A stretch of 64,000 nucleotides of DNA from Nitrospirota bacterium (GTDB lineage: Bacteria; Nitrospirota; UBA9217), in NCBI GenBank assembly GCA_963796285.1, contig CAWCKW010000001.1, positions 72,748 to 136,747 on the forward strand, read 5' to 3'. This document shows positions 41,637-51,585 of this stretch, piece by piece. Both the position numbers and the translations under genes were made by a program. Position 1 is the stretch's first letter; the number at the start of each line of letters is the position of its first letter. The notes beneath the pieces were generated by a model that searched no databases, was not told the origin of the DNA, and worked only from the letters and a program-made list of their open reading frames with translations.

Positions 41637-41772
41637 TTTTACCGCGAAGGCGCGAAGAAATCGAATGCAGGTAGAAGATTTTCGGGATTGAAATTAGACA
41701 TTGAAAGATTTTCTTCGCGACCGTTGCGCCTTCGCGGTTAAAAGATGTTTGCTCCGGTTCATCCGGATCAGG
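41637..41772. repeat. 9-mer inverted-repeat element followed by a GCTCCGG..GGATCAGG repeat
   Basis: TTTTACCGCGAAGGCGCGAAG versus CTTCGCGACCGTTGCGCCTTCGCGGTTAAAA; then TTGCTCCGGTTCATCCGGATCAGG. Confidence 0.8.
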
Positions 41773-41782
41773 AGGATTTAAT

Positions 41783-42700
41783 ATGAAAGCGTTGCTCATT
41801 TGCGAATACCGGGAAGGGAAACTCATCGATTCAAGCTATGAACTGACGGCTTTTGCCGACAAACTGGGCGCTGACAAAGCACTGGTTCTGATCGGGAAAG
41901 AAGCGGAAGTCCCCCGGGTCAACGCCAAAGTGTATCTGGCAGATGCAGCGAAATACGGCGAATACAACCCGGAGCTGCACAAAAGGATCGTGCTCGAAGC
42001 GGTCAAGAGGGAAAACCCGGACTGCGTCGTATTTCTTCACTCCTCCTATGGCTGGGACCTGGCCCCTCGGGTGGCCGCGGCCCTCAAGGTCGGTCAGGTT
42101 TCCGAGATCATGGGTATCAACGAAGGGAAATTCGAAGTCGGCCTTTGCAATGCCAAGCTGCGGCGGATCGTCCAGGTGCAGACGGGGAAGATGGTCCTCA
42201 CCATTCAAGCGGGGGTCTTCAACGTGACCGGAGAGCCTCAGGGGAAGGCGCAGGTGGAAAAGATCGACCTTGCCGAGGCGGTGTCTCCCCTGGAGTTCGT
42301 CGGTTATGAGCCGGCGCAGAAGAGGGAAGTGGACCTGGCCCGATCAGAGGTGATCGTCAGCGCCGGGAGGGGGGTCGGCAAAAAAGAGAATGTGGCGATC
42401 ATCGCGGCGCTGGCCAAGGCGCTTGGGGGCGAATTGGGGGCGAGCCGTCCGGTGGTCGATGCGGGATGGGTCGAGCACAGTCGTCAGGTCGGGACCACGG
42501 GCCAGATCGTGGCGCCGAAGCTCTACGTGGCATGCGGCATTTCCGGGGCCATTCAGCATGTGGCAGGGATGAAGAAGTCGGAGTTCGTGGTCGCCATCAA
42601 CAAGGACAAGGACGCTCCCATCGGCGAGGTGGCGGATGTGCTGGTGGTTGCGGATGTGATGCAGTTCGTTCCCGCCCTAACGGCAAAGCTCCAGAAATAA
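41783..42700 (+). CDS. etfA: Electron transfer flavoprotein alpha subunit
   Basis: GASRPVVDAGW, QVGTTG, GISGAIQH, AINKD. Confidence 0.95.
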   Translation: MKALLICEYREGKLIDSSYELTAFADKLGADKALVLIGKEAEVPRVNAKVYLADAAKYGEYNPELHKRIVLEAVKRENPDCVVFLHSSYGWDLAPRVAAALKVGQVSEIMGINEGKFEVGLCNAKLRRIVQVQTGKMVLTIQAGVFNVTGEPQGKAQVEKIDLAEAVSPLEFVGYEPAQKREVDLARSEVIVSAGRGVGKKENVAIIAALAKALGGELGASRPVVDAGWVEHSRQVGTTGQIVAPKLYVACGISGAIQHVAGMKKSEFVVAINKDKDAPIGEVADVLVVADVMQFVPALTAKLQK

Positions 42701-42803
42701 TGCGGCGTGAACAGATACGGTTGTTCAGAATACCCGTTGGGTGTTCGAGAAATCCTCGAGAGAGATGTCAGTAAAACAGGACCTGAAAAGGAGAACATGA
42801 CCA

Positions 42804-43409
42804 ATGGGTGAAAAACTGGTGTTTCAGCCCCTTACGAGGGAAGACAAGATCACGGTCGTGCTCTACCGTGCAGGTATTGTGATATCCACCGCAGTCATCG
42901 CCGGTCTGTCGTATCTTCTGATGACCTTGTCCGAAAATTCCGATACCGCGTCGATCAGCTCGACAGGGGATATCCTCGCGTATGTCCTCTATGCCTCCGT
43001 AGGTGTGAGCGTATTCTTCATTCATCTGTATATCGGCAAGATCAAGCGATACCTGAAAAACCTGTTTTTCATCAGCCTCGGCTGTCTTGCCGTGCTTCTT
43101 TACCTCGGGAAAGGGTCCGTGTCCGGCGCGCTCGTTCATATGCCTTACAGCCCGTTGCTTCTGCTGCCGATCTCCGGATGCCTGGGATTCGTGACCGCGA
43201 AGGAGGCCTTCTGCTTCAAGCTTTTCGAGGGTTATCTCCTCGCCATGATCATGCCGCTCTACCTTCTGCTGGTCGCGAATCACAGCCTCACCGGCCGTGG
43301 TGTTTCCTACGGACTGGTCCTGATCGCCGTCATGCTTGTCATCTTCACGCTGCGAAAGGTATTCATGCCCGTGGCCTACGATATCGGCGATAAATCCGCG
43401 TATCAGTGA
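42804..43409 (+). CDS. DUF2301-like integral membrane protein
   Basis: VVLYRAG, IHLY, AKEAFCF, DIGDKSAYQ. Confidence 0.8.
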   Translation: MGEKLVFQPLTREDKITVVLYRAGIVISTAVIAGLSYLLMTLSENSDTASISSTGDILAYVLYASVGVSVFFIHLYIGKIKRYLKNLFFISLGCLAVLLYLGKGSVSGALVHMPYSPLLLLPISGCLGFVTAKEAFCFKLFEGYLLAMIMPLYLLLVANHSLTGRGVSYGLVLIAVMLVIFTLRKVFMPVAYDIGDKSAYQ

Positions 43410-43618
43410 ACAAGACTCCGGGTAATACGGATCGCCTCTTCACCTTTGAATGCGCCGATTTGAAAGCGGTCTTTGATCGGGACATAAAACCGGTTACCGC
43501 GGGTTAATTCAAGACCAACTATCGGCATGTAAGTTACAATACGATTCAGGTAGAATCAAGGCGTACTTGAAGTCGGCAGGGCGCAGACCGCCGACTCCCA
43601 TCTGCTGAACGGAATTCA

Positions 43619-44803
43619 GTGAGCGATTCTCCAACAATAAAAAAAGACGTCATTATTATCGGTGCCGGCGCCGCCGGCCTCATGTGCGCGATCGAATGCG
43701 GCAAACGCGGCCGGTCCGTCCTGGTGATCGACCATGCTGAAAGGACGGGCTCCAAGATCCGCGTCTCCGGCGGCGGACGATGCAATTTTACGAACCTGCT
43801 GGTGACCGCCGACCACTATCTTTCCCGCAACGCCCACTTTTGCAGGTCAGCACTTGCACGATTCACGCCCCGCGACATCCTCTCTTTTGTCGAGAACTAC
43901 CATATCGCCTATTACGAAAAAGAGGCAGGCCAGATGTTCTGCGTCAAGAGCTCCCGGGAGATCATCACCGCGCTCGAACAGGAGTGCGGCCGGGCAGGCG
44001 TGGAGATCCGGCTCACGTGCCGCGTATCGGATATCAGCCGTGCAGGGGTGTTCATGGTCACAACGAGCGAAGGGGTGTTCTCATCGGACTCGCTGGTCAT
44101 TGCCACGGGAGGGCTTTCCTATTCCAAGCTGGGAGCGAGCGGATTCGGGCATGATGTGGCAAGGAAGTTCAAACTCAAGGTAACGCAGGTCAGGCCGGCG
44201 CTCGTTCCCTTCGTGTTCCAGGGCCTGGACCAAAAGGTCTTCAAGGGACTGGCAGGCATTGCCTTTGACACCGCTGTTTCCATCGGCAGAAAAAAATATC
44301 GCGGGAACATTCTCTTCACCCACCGGGGACTGAGCGGACCCGCCGCGCTCCAGGCGTCTCTTTATTGGGAGCCCGGTGAGCCTTTGCTGATCGATCTCCT
44401 GCCCGCGATAGATATCCATGGAGCTTTTCTGTCCGCGCGGCAGAGCAAGATGGAGATGCATACCCTGCTCGCAGGACATCTCCCCAAGCGGTTCGTCCAG
44501 ACCTGGTGCGATCACATGATCATTTCAAAACCGATCAATCAATGTTCTGATAAAGAGCTGAAGGAGATAGCGGATGGACTTCATGCCTGGGAGATCGTTC
44601 CCAAGGGGACCGAGGGGTATGATGTTGCGGAGGTGACTGCGGGCGGCGTGAACACGGACGAGCTGTCTTCTAAGACCATGGAGGCAAAGAAGGTGCCCGG
44701 CCTCTATTTCATAGGCGAAGTGGTTGACGTGACCGGATTGCTCGGCGGCTATAACCTCCACTGGGCCTGGGCCTCAGGGCATGCTGCGGGACAGATTGCT
44801 TAA
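43619..44803 (+). CDS. HI0933/YhiN-family flavoprotein
   Basis: IIGAGAAG, SGGGRCNFTN, LFTHRGLSGPA, GGYNLHWAWASG. Confidence 0.93.
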   Translation: MSDSPTIKKDVIIIGAGAAGLMCAIECGKRGRSVLVIDHAERTGSKIRVSGGGRCNFTNLLVTADHYLSRNAHFCRSALARFTPRDILSFVENYHIAYYEKEAGQMFCVKSSREIITALEQECGRAGVEIRLTCRVSDISRAGVFMVTTSEGVFSSDSLVIATGGLSYSKLGASGFGHDVARKFKLKVTQVRPALVPFVFQGLDQKVFKGLAGIAFDTAVSIGRKKYRGNILFTHRGLSGPAALQASLYWEPGEPLLIDLLPAIDIHGAFLSARQSKMEMHTLLAGHLPKRFVQTWCDHMIISKPINQCSDKELKEIADGLHAWEIVPKGTEGYDVAEVTAGGVNTDELSSKTMEAKKVPGLYFIGEVVDVTGLLGGYNLHWAWASGHAAGQIA

Positions 44804-45098
44804 AGGGCAACGTTACTCCAGGTCCATCCTATTTATTCTGCGGAGAATTCGATTCTCTTTCTCGCAGCCCGCAGAAAGGTGCACGCGAGCTTCTGAAAAA
44901 AACATTGTTGTTCCCGCCTCAAATTATAAGATCAGTTCATCTGCCAATCTGAATTTCTCATCTCCGAAGCCACTTGTTTCGATTTTCTTTGACAAGAAGA
45001 ACGGTAAACTTTAATATTATGAGAACGAGTTTTGGATGCACACTGTGCTCTGTGCAGGAGCTGAAGTTGTTTCCAACTCTCTACTTGGGAGGTATCCG

Positions 45099-45677
45099 AT
45101 GGAAGGTTATCGGTTGCAACAGCTTGCATATCTGGTCATACCTTTGACCGCGGGCGTGGAATTTTTTCTGACCGCAAAAACGGAGCGCAAGAAAGAGGGA
45201 AAAGAGTCTGCCAAGGCAGTTGCCATGGATGCATTCGGATATGTGTTTATCGCCCTGATACCGGCGCTGTTCCTGTTCACGATCTTCAGTCTTGAGTACA
45301 AGCAATTCCCGCAGTTGGTACAGGTCCTTCACCGGCTCGACCGGTACGGTGTCATGTTCTTTTTTCTCGGCGCATGGTGGCAGATATTTATGATCACGGC
45401 GCTCAGGGCCAGGAGGGTTGCCAGTCAGGGAGGTAAATGCTTTCTTCAGGTATGGTGTCCCTACCTTCTGTTCGGCGCATTCATATCAGCCCTGGTCCTC
45501 TGGGTGGCCCCCTGGAACCTCATGTGGGTCTCCTTTTTCTGGTTCGTCGCGAGCTGCGGCGTGTGCGGTCTTGTCAATGTGTCTCCCTCGAAGGTGGCAA
45601 AGATATTTATGATATTGACTGTTCTTGTCCTCATCGGCGAAAATATTCTTTTTATTATTCTCGACGCGATCGTCTAG
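45099..45677 (+). CDS. Hypothetical membrane protein
   Basis: GGGAGG SD; about 6 hydrophobic segments. Confidence 0.65.
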   Translation: MEGYRLQQLAYLVIPLTAGVEFFLTAKTERKKEGKESAKAVAMDAFGYVFIALIPALFLFTIFSLEYKQFPQLVQVLHRLDRYGVMFFFLGAWWQIFMITALRARRVASQGGKCFLQVWCPYLLFGAFISALVLWVAPWNLMWVSFFWFVASCGVCGLVNVSPSKVAKIFMILTVLVLIGENILFIILDAIV

Positions 45678-46164
45678 CTGGTGTGCCGGAACCCAAGCGC
45701 CAGATGGCATGAGAGCGTATCCGCGAGTGCTTCCGATTTGTGAGCAGTAATTTCCTGAACAACAATCCTGAAAAAATAATCAGTCATCAAGGTTCAGAAC
45801 AAACAACGTGAACAGTAAATTAGTTGTGCTGTGTTACCTGGGCCCGGACAAACGAGAACAAATTTTTTTTTGCTGCCCAACGCGACAGCCTGAACAACGA
45901 ATCAATTGCTTGGGAAATCATGACCAGCTTTTCGGTGACGGTATTTCAACCTCATATTTTTCATTAAACCAGACCAATCAACTCTTCAAAAACACCGTTA
46001 CGTATATTCGTATTGCAAAAATATGTGCCACTGGCAGGCAGTTTTGATGCTTTGTTTCATTTCGTCCTTGACTGGCGCTTTTCAAGCAGCGCAGGCATGA
46101 AAAAAGCCGCATGGAATGAGATTAATTCGTGTATTTTATTTCGGTATATTATTTTCGATTTAAT

Positions 46165-46219
46165 TTGACAAACACAACATGTTGTGGCTATAATTACCTC
46201 GTTCCACTAAATAGTGTAG
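46165..46219 (+). promoter_or_regulatory. nrdJ sigma70 promoter with tandem NrdR boxes
   Basis: TTGACA-18 nt-TATAAT; ACACAACATGTTGTGG (46172) and CCACTAAATAGTGTAG (46204), 32 bp apart. Confidence 0.85.
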
Positions 46220-46332
46220 CATCACGGTTTTAAAAACATCAACTATAAAGTTCATTTTTTTAAGAGCAGCCTCACGGGTGCTCTTTCAGCGTTTGGGATC
46301 AATTCTGATTCAGTTATTAGAGGAGGGGTTTA

Positions 46333-48690
46333 ATGAAGAGTGCGGCTACTGGCTCCAAGACAGCATCCGGTAAGGGTCTCAATCTTTCCGAGAACTGCCT
46401 CAAGGTCCTTGAAAAAAGGTATCTGAAGCGGGACGAGGACGGGACGGTGGTCGAAACAGCGGTTGATATGTTCACGCGCGTGGCGCGGACCATTGCCGAT
46501 GGCGACAAGGCCTACGGAAAGTCCGACGCCGATGTGGAGCGGACCGCGACCGAGTTCTACCGCCTCATGACCTCCCTTGAGTTCCTGCCGAACAGCCCCA
46601 CGCTTATGAACGCCGGGCGCGAGCTCGGCCAGCTCTCGGCCTGTTTCGTGCTGCCCGTGGGCGACTCCATGGAGGAGATCTTCGATTCTGTGAAGAACGC
46701 GGCGCTCATCCACAAGTCCGGCGGCGGCACGGGCTTCTCTTTCTCCCGCATCCGGCCGAAGAACGACGTGGTGAAGTCCACGAAGGGTGTTTCCTCTGGT
46801 CCCATCTCATTCATGACCGTGTTCGACGCGGCCACCGAGACGGTGAAACAGGGCGGCACGCGGCGCGGCGCGAACATGGGCATCCTCTCGGTGGACCACC
46901 CCGACATCCTCGATTTCGTCACCTGCAAGCAGCAGAATGACCGGCTCAACAACTTTAACATCTCCGTTGCCATCACCGACCCCTTCATGGAGGCCGTGGA
47001 CAGGGATGGCGAGTACGACCTGGTCTCGCCGCGCAGCAGGGCAGTGGTCAAGACCCTTTCCGCCCGCCGGGTTTTCGAGACCATCGTGAACATGGCCTGG
47101 AAGAACGGCGATCCGGGCATCATCTTCCTCGACCGCATCAACCAGTATAATCCCACGCCGCACGTGGGTATGGTGGAGTCTACCAACCCCTGCGGTGAGC
47201 AGCCGCTGCTGCCCTACGAGTCCTGCAACCTGGGCTCGATCAACCTGGCGAAGATGCTTGCGCCCAGTGAGAAGGCAGTGGATTACGACAAGCTCCGCCA
47301 CACGGTGCAGCAGGCGGTCCACTTTCTCGATAACGTGATCGATGTCAACAAGTATCCCCTTGAAAAGATCGGTCAACAGACCCGCGCGAACCGCAAGATC
47401 GGCCTAGGGGTCATGGGTTTCGCCGACATGCTGCTTGAGCTGGGTATCCCTTACAACTCCGATCAGGCTGTGAAGCTCGGCGAGAGGGTGATGCAGTTCA
47501 TCACCGACGAGGGCCGGAAGATGAGCGAGGAACTCGCACAAGAGCGAGGGGCCTTCCCGAACTTCAAGGGCAGTATCTACGACAAGCCCGGGCAGGCTCC
47601 TGTCAGGAACGCGACGGTTACGACGATCGCGCCGACCGGGACCCTGTCCATCATCGCCGGGTGCTCCAGCGGCATCGAGCCGCTCTTCGGACTCACCTTT
47701 GTCCGGAGGGTCATGGACGGCGCGGAACTCCTCGAAGTGAACCCCGTGTTCGAACGCGTCGCCAAGGAGGAGGGATTCTATTCCGAAGATCTTATGAAGG
47801 AGATTGCCGAGCACGGCGGGTGTACGGGCGTCCGGACGGTCCCCGAGGACGTGCAGCGCGTGTTCGTGACCGCCCACGACATCACTCCCGAGTGGCACAT
47901 CCGCATGCAGGCCGCGTTCCAGAAATATACCGATAATGCGGTCTCCAAGACCGTGAACTTCCCGCACAGCGCCACCCAGGAAGACGTGAAGAAGGTGTAC
48001 ATGATGGCATACAAGCTCGGCTGCAAGGGCGTGACCATCTACCGCGACGGGTCGCGTGACGAACAGGTGCTCAGCACCGGCGCCACGGAGAAGGCGCGCA
48101 AGGCAATTGCCGCGGGCCAGCACGTTACCGTTGCCTCGGCCTCGCCCGAATTGGCCGAAGAAAAAAAGCCACGGAACCGTCCGGCGCTCACCCATGGGGT
48201 CACCCAGAAGCTTCCCACGGGCTGCGGAAACCTCTATATCACCATCAACGAGGACGAGGAGGGCATCTGCGAGGTCTTCTCGACCATGGGCAAGTCCGGC
48301 GGGTGCGCCGCCAGCCAGTCCGAGGCCGTCTCCCGCATGGTCTCTCTCGCGCTCCGTTCGGGGATCTCCATTGATTCCATCATCAAGCAGGTGAAGGGCA
48401 TCCGGTGTCCCTCACCGGCCTGGGGCGAGGGCGGATCGATCCTGTCCTGCCCCGATGCCATTGCCAGAGCGCTCGAGCGCTATACCAAGGACGCCGCGGG
48501 CCACCAGCACTCAACACCCAGGGCTGTCTCAGTGCAACCAACGGTTGCCTATACCTCCACCGATTGCTCGAAAGGCGGAAACAAGAACCACCTGGGCCTC
48601 TGCCCGGAATGCCCGGACTGTGGCGGCCTGCTTGAATTTGGAGAAGGCTGCGCCTTCTGCCGGGGGTGCGGGTTCTCCAAGTGCGGATAG
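46333..48690 (+). CDS. nrdJ: Class II (B12-dependent) ribonucleotide reductase with TSCPD domain
   Basis: PNSPTLMNAG, SACFV, TNPCGEQPL, IAPTGT, SCPDAI; C-terminal CPDC..CRGC. Confidence 0.96.
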   Translation: MKSAATGSKTASGKGLNLSENCLKVLEKRYLKRDEDGTVVETAVDMFTRVARTIADGDKAYGKSDADVERTATEFYRLMTSLEFLPNSPTLMNAGRELGQLSACFVLPVGDSMEEIFDSVKNAALIHKSGGGTGFSFSRIRPKNDVVKSTKGVSSGPISFMTVFDAATETVKQGGTRRGANMGILSVDHPDILDFVTCKQQNDRLNNFNISVAITDPFMEAVDRDGEYDLVSPRSRAVVKTLSARRVFETIVNMAWKNGDPGIIFLDRINQYNPTPHVGMVESTNPCGEQPLLPYESCNLGSINLAKMLAPSEKAVDYDKLRHTVQQAVHFLDNVIDVNKYPLEKIGQQTRANRKIGLGVMGFADMLLELGIPYNSDQAVKLGERVMQFITDEGRKMSEELAQERGAFPNFKGSIYDKPGQAPVRNATVTTIAPTGTLSIIAGCSSGIEPLFGLTFVRRVMDGAELLEVNPVFERVAKEEGFYSEDLMKEIAEHGGCTGVRTVPEDVQRVFVTAHDITPEWHIRMQAAFQKYTDNAVSKTVNFPHSATQEDVKKVYMMAYKLGCKGVTIYRDGSRDEQVLSTGATEKARKAIAAGQHVTVASASPELAEEKKPRNRPALTHGVTQKLPTGCGNLYITINEDEEGICEVFSTMGKSGGCAASQSEAVSRMVSLALRSGISIDSIIKQVKGIRCPSPAWGEGGSILSCPDAIARALERYTKDAAGHQHSTPRAVSVQPTVAYTSTDCSKGGNKNHLGLCPECPDCGGLLEFGEGCAFCRGCGFSKCG

Positions 48691-48830
48691 TAACCCCGTG
48701 CGGAATGCGGATTTTGGAATGCAGAACATAACATCAACCCCCCTGGTCGTACAACCGGAGGTAGCGTGAGACAAACGATTTCCTTCCGCATTTTATCCGA
48801 TAAAGGGCAGTGCGAGGTACGTTAACAACT

Positions 48831-48858
48831 GACGGGAGAATTTTCTCCCGTTTTTTTT
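48831..48858 (+). terminator. Rho-independent terminator
   Basis: GACGGGAGAA-TT-TTCTCCCGTT followed by a T run. Confidence 0.8.
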
Positions 48859-48935
48859 AATGGAGATGATTGTTGTTTTCATGTTCTGATGACCATCCAA
48901 ATGTGCCATAACATTATGAATTTAAAGGAGATTAT

Positions 48936-49127
48936 ATGACTCTTGATGAGGTGATACTGGAACTTTACCGACTGGCCGAGTCAAAGAACTGGGACCACAA
49001 ACTTACTGATGAGGCATTGTCAGCGGCGATCGAGGGCATGGAGCATATCTGGGAGCTCAATCAGGCGGACATGAGAAAGAACGCGATGATCAACGCGAAC
49101 AAAAAAGAGCCTCGGGTTTGGTGTTAG
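48936..49127 (+). CDS. Small hypothetical protein
   Basis: AAGGAG SD; 63-aa ORF. Confidence 0.6.
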   Translation: MTLDEVILELYRLAESKNWDHKLTDEALSAAIEGMEHIWELNQADMRKNAMINANKKEPRVWC

Positions 49128-49315
49128 CCCTGTTTTTTGCACAAAAAACTTGACATTTGATGAAGATGATTCTACATTAAGAAAAACAATATTCTGCCGT
49201 GGAACACGAGTTGTCTGCTCCCAACGTATTTCATCGAGAAAAGATTCCACATAGCCAGTACCGCCATTCAGCCCGTGCAAGCACGGGTTATCAGCTTAAA
49301 AGGAGGGGAACGCGT

Positions 49316-49669
49316 ATGGGTATCGAGAGGATCGTACAGTATGAGTGCAAGGTGTGCGGCAGAAAGATAGATGTGACGAGGACTGGTGATATGTATGAGG
49401 AACCGGTATTTTGCTGTGGTCTGGAAACGTCTGAGGTCAGCGTAGCGTCCGCTCCGCCGGCAGCGCCCGCAGTCAGGAAAAAACCGGCAAAGAAGAAACC
49501 AGCGAAGAAAAAAGCCGTAAAAAAGGCGGCGAAGAAGCCGGTGAAAAAGAAAGCCGCAAAAAAGGCGGCCAAAAAGGCTGTGAAGAAAAAAGCAACGAAG
49601 AAAAAGGCGACAAAGAAGAAAGCGACAAAAAAGAAGGCGGCAAAAAAGAAAGCCAAGAAAAGAAGATAA
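49316..49669 (+). CDS. Desulforedoxin-like metal-binding domain fused to a histone H1-like Lys/Ala tail
   Basis: YECKVCG..(18)..CCG followed by KKPAK/KKAAK/KKATK repeats; AGGAGG SD; TTGACA promoter near 49150. Confidence 0.8.
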   Translation: MGIERIVQYECKVCGRKIDVTRTGDMYEEPVFCCGLETSEVSVASAPPAAPAVRKKPAKKKPAKKKAVKKAAKKPVKKKAAKKAAKKAVKKKATKKKATKKKATKKKAAKKKAKKRR

Positions 49670-49694
49670 CCGATTACTTTAATATTTATCATGG

Positions 49695-49729
49695 GGCCCC
49701 CGGAAGCAGAGTTTCCGGGGGCCTTTTTT
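49695..49729 (+). terminator. Rho-independent terminator
   Basis: GGCCCCCGGAAGC-AGA-GTTTCCGGGGGCC followed by a T run. Confidence 0.85.
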
Positions 49730-49802
49730 GTTTTCAGCCGATCGGGAGAACGCTCTCATAAAACTGTTGACTTATCCGTCAGCAGGCTTTAGGATTTAGT
49801 CC

Positions 49803-50579
49803 ATGCACGACAGAGAACATATGGAGCATCATATCCGGAAGCTGAGCGGCCGCGCCATCGGCGATTTCGGCCTGATAGAGGACCATGACCGGATCCTGGT
49901 TGCCCTGTCAGGCGGCAAGGACAGCTGGACGCTGCTTCATGTACTGGAAAGCCTGCGGCGGCGGGCGCCGGTCAGTTTTTCTCTTATCGCCGTCACCGTG
50001 CATCCGGGTTTCCCGGGGTTTCAGACCGGACTCATGGAAGAGTATCTTCGTGCCCATGACGTCGAGTATCGGATCATCTCTGCGCCCATTCACGAACTCA
50101 TGCTCGAAAAACTCACGCCGGACGATACCCCCTGTGCGCTCTGCGCCCGAATCAGGCGCGGGGTTTTGTACACCCAGGCGCGTGAACTCGGATGCACCAA
50201 GATCGCCCTTGGACACCATCGCGAGGACTTCATCGAGACGCTGCTTCTGAACCAGTTTTATAACGGCAAGATCAAGGCCATGGCCCCACGCCTGATTGCC
50301 GATAACGGGCTGGACGTCGTCATTCGGCCGCTCGTCTACGTGCCCGAAGATGATATCATTCGCTATGCCGCGAGTGCGGGTTTCCCCATAGCCTGCTGCG
50401 CCTGTCCTGCCTGCGGGGACACGGATATGAAGCGCGGGAAGATAAAAACGCTGCTGGCCGGCCTTGAGCAGGGGCATCCGGGGATCAAGGCCAGTCTGCT
50501 TGCTGCGCTCGCGGACGTGGAACACCGGCATCTGTTGGTGAAGTCGAGCGACGCGCTGCGGGTGACGACAGACACGTGA
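49803..50579 (+). CDS. ttcA: tRNA 2-thiocytidine(32) synthetase TtcA family
   Basis: PP-loop SGGKDS, CALCARIRRG, ALGHHRED, IRPL, CACPAC. Confidence 0.88.
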   Translation: MHDREHMEHHIRKLSGRAIGDFGLIEDHDRILVALSGGKDSWTLLHVLESLRRRAPVSFSLIAVTVHPGFPGFQTGLMEEYLRAHDVEYRIISAPIHELMLEKLTPDDTPCALCARIRRGVLYTQARELGCTKIALGHHREDFIETLLLNQFYNGKIKAMAPRLIADNGLDVVIRPLVYVPEDDIIRYAASAGFPIACCACPACGDTDMKRGKIKTLLAGLEQGHPGIKASLLAALADVEHRHLLVKSSDALRVTTDT

Positions 50580-50789
50580 CGATTTCGTGAACGACCGTAC
50601 ACCCTTTGCTGCCGGACGTAAGTTCACTTCTCCTCTGCGGGGGACCTGGGATGGTATGCCTCGGCTCTGAAAGTACTACACGCGGGCAATGCGATAACGC
50701 CTCAAAAATCATTGACATTCTCTGCGCCTGAGGCATATAATTCTCCACAGGTCTGTGTTTCTTAGTACGTCTCATCCCCGGGGGTTCGC

Positions 50790-51501
50790 ATGGTCGAGGT
50801 CAAGAAAAAGCTTGGTGATATGCTTAAGGACGCCGGTATCGTCGACGATTTCCAGCTCCAGACAGCGCTTTCCCACCAGCGTAGCTGGGGGGGGAAACTG
50901 GGCGCGATCCTTATCGAATTGGATTTCGTCGAAGGAAGAGCAACTGGCCAGGGTGATCTCGGATAAATTACGGATCCCCTATGTCAATCTCTTCGAGCCC
51001 GAGGTCCCCCAAGCTGTAATCAAGCTGATCAAGCCCGAGATTGCAAAAAAATATCATGTGATGCCTGCGAAGAAAGAAGGGGGGGCGCTGGTCCTGGCGA
51101 TGCTGGACCCCCTCGATATCGAGGCGATGGACGAGATCCGTTTTATCACCGGGCTTAGTATCAAACCGTCGCTGGCACTGGAGTCCGAGATCAAGGACGC
51201 CATCAGGAAATACTATGACGGTGAAGACGTGGCCCGCAAACAGGCGACAACGCCTTTTTACCACCGGGAACACGACTCAGGCGGGAAGATGGAGGTCATC
51301 CACGGAAGCGATCTTAACATGCCGAAGGCGTTCACGTCTGATGCGTCGTCTCCAATCCTCTCCCGGGAGGACACCGCGCAACAGTCTCTGGACGACAACA
51401 GGCTGCGGCTCGATGCCCTCATCGCCCTGCTGATCGAGAAAGAGCTGATCACGCGCGAAGAGCTCATGAGCATGATCTATCATAAGAAAATGGGTGTTTA
51501 A
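50790..51501 (+). CDS. Stand-alone MshEN/GspE N-terminal domain protein (frameshift near 50935)
   Basis: KKKLGDMLKDAGIVDDFQLQTALSHQRSWGGKLGAILIELDFV joins LARVIS...AMLDPLD; no ATPase domain. Confidence 0.82.
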
Positions 51502-51585
51502 GGTGATGGTTGGTGAATGCGGACCCCGGGTTTGCCAAATGACGGGTCGGATTGCAGCTAATAGCGAACAGGGCGGGGGTGAAGT

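Noticed and set aside
46060-46330. Cobalamin riboswitch upstream of nrdJ
   Set aside because: No B12-box seen; the region is explained by the promoter and NrdR boxes.
49291-49692. Antisense Phe/Ala-rich 'membrane protein'
   Set aside because: It is the reverse complement of the Lys/Ala repeat gene.
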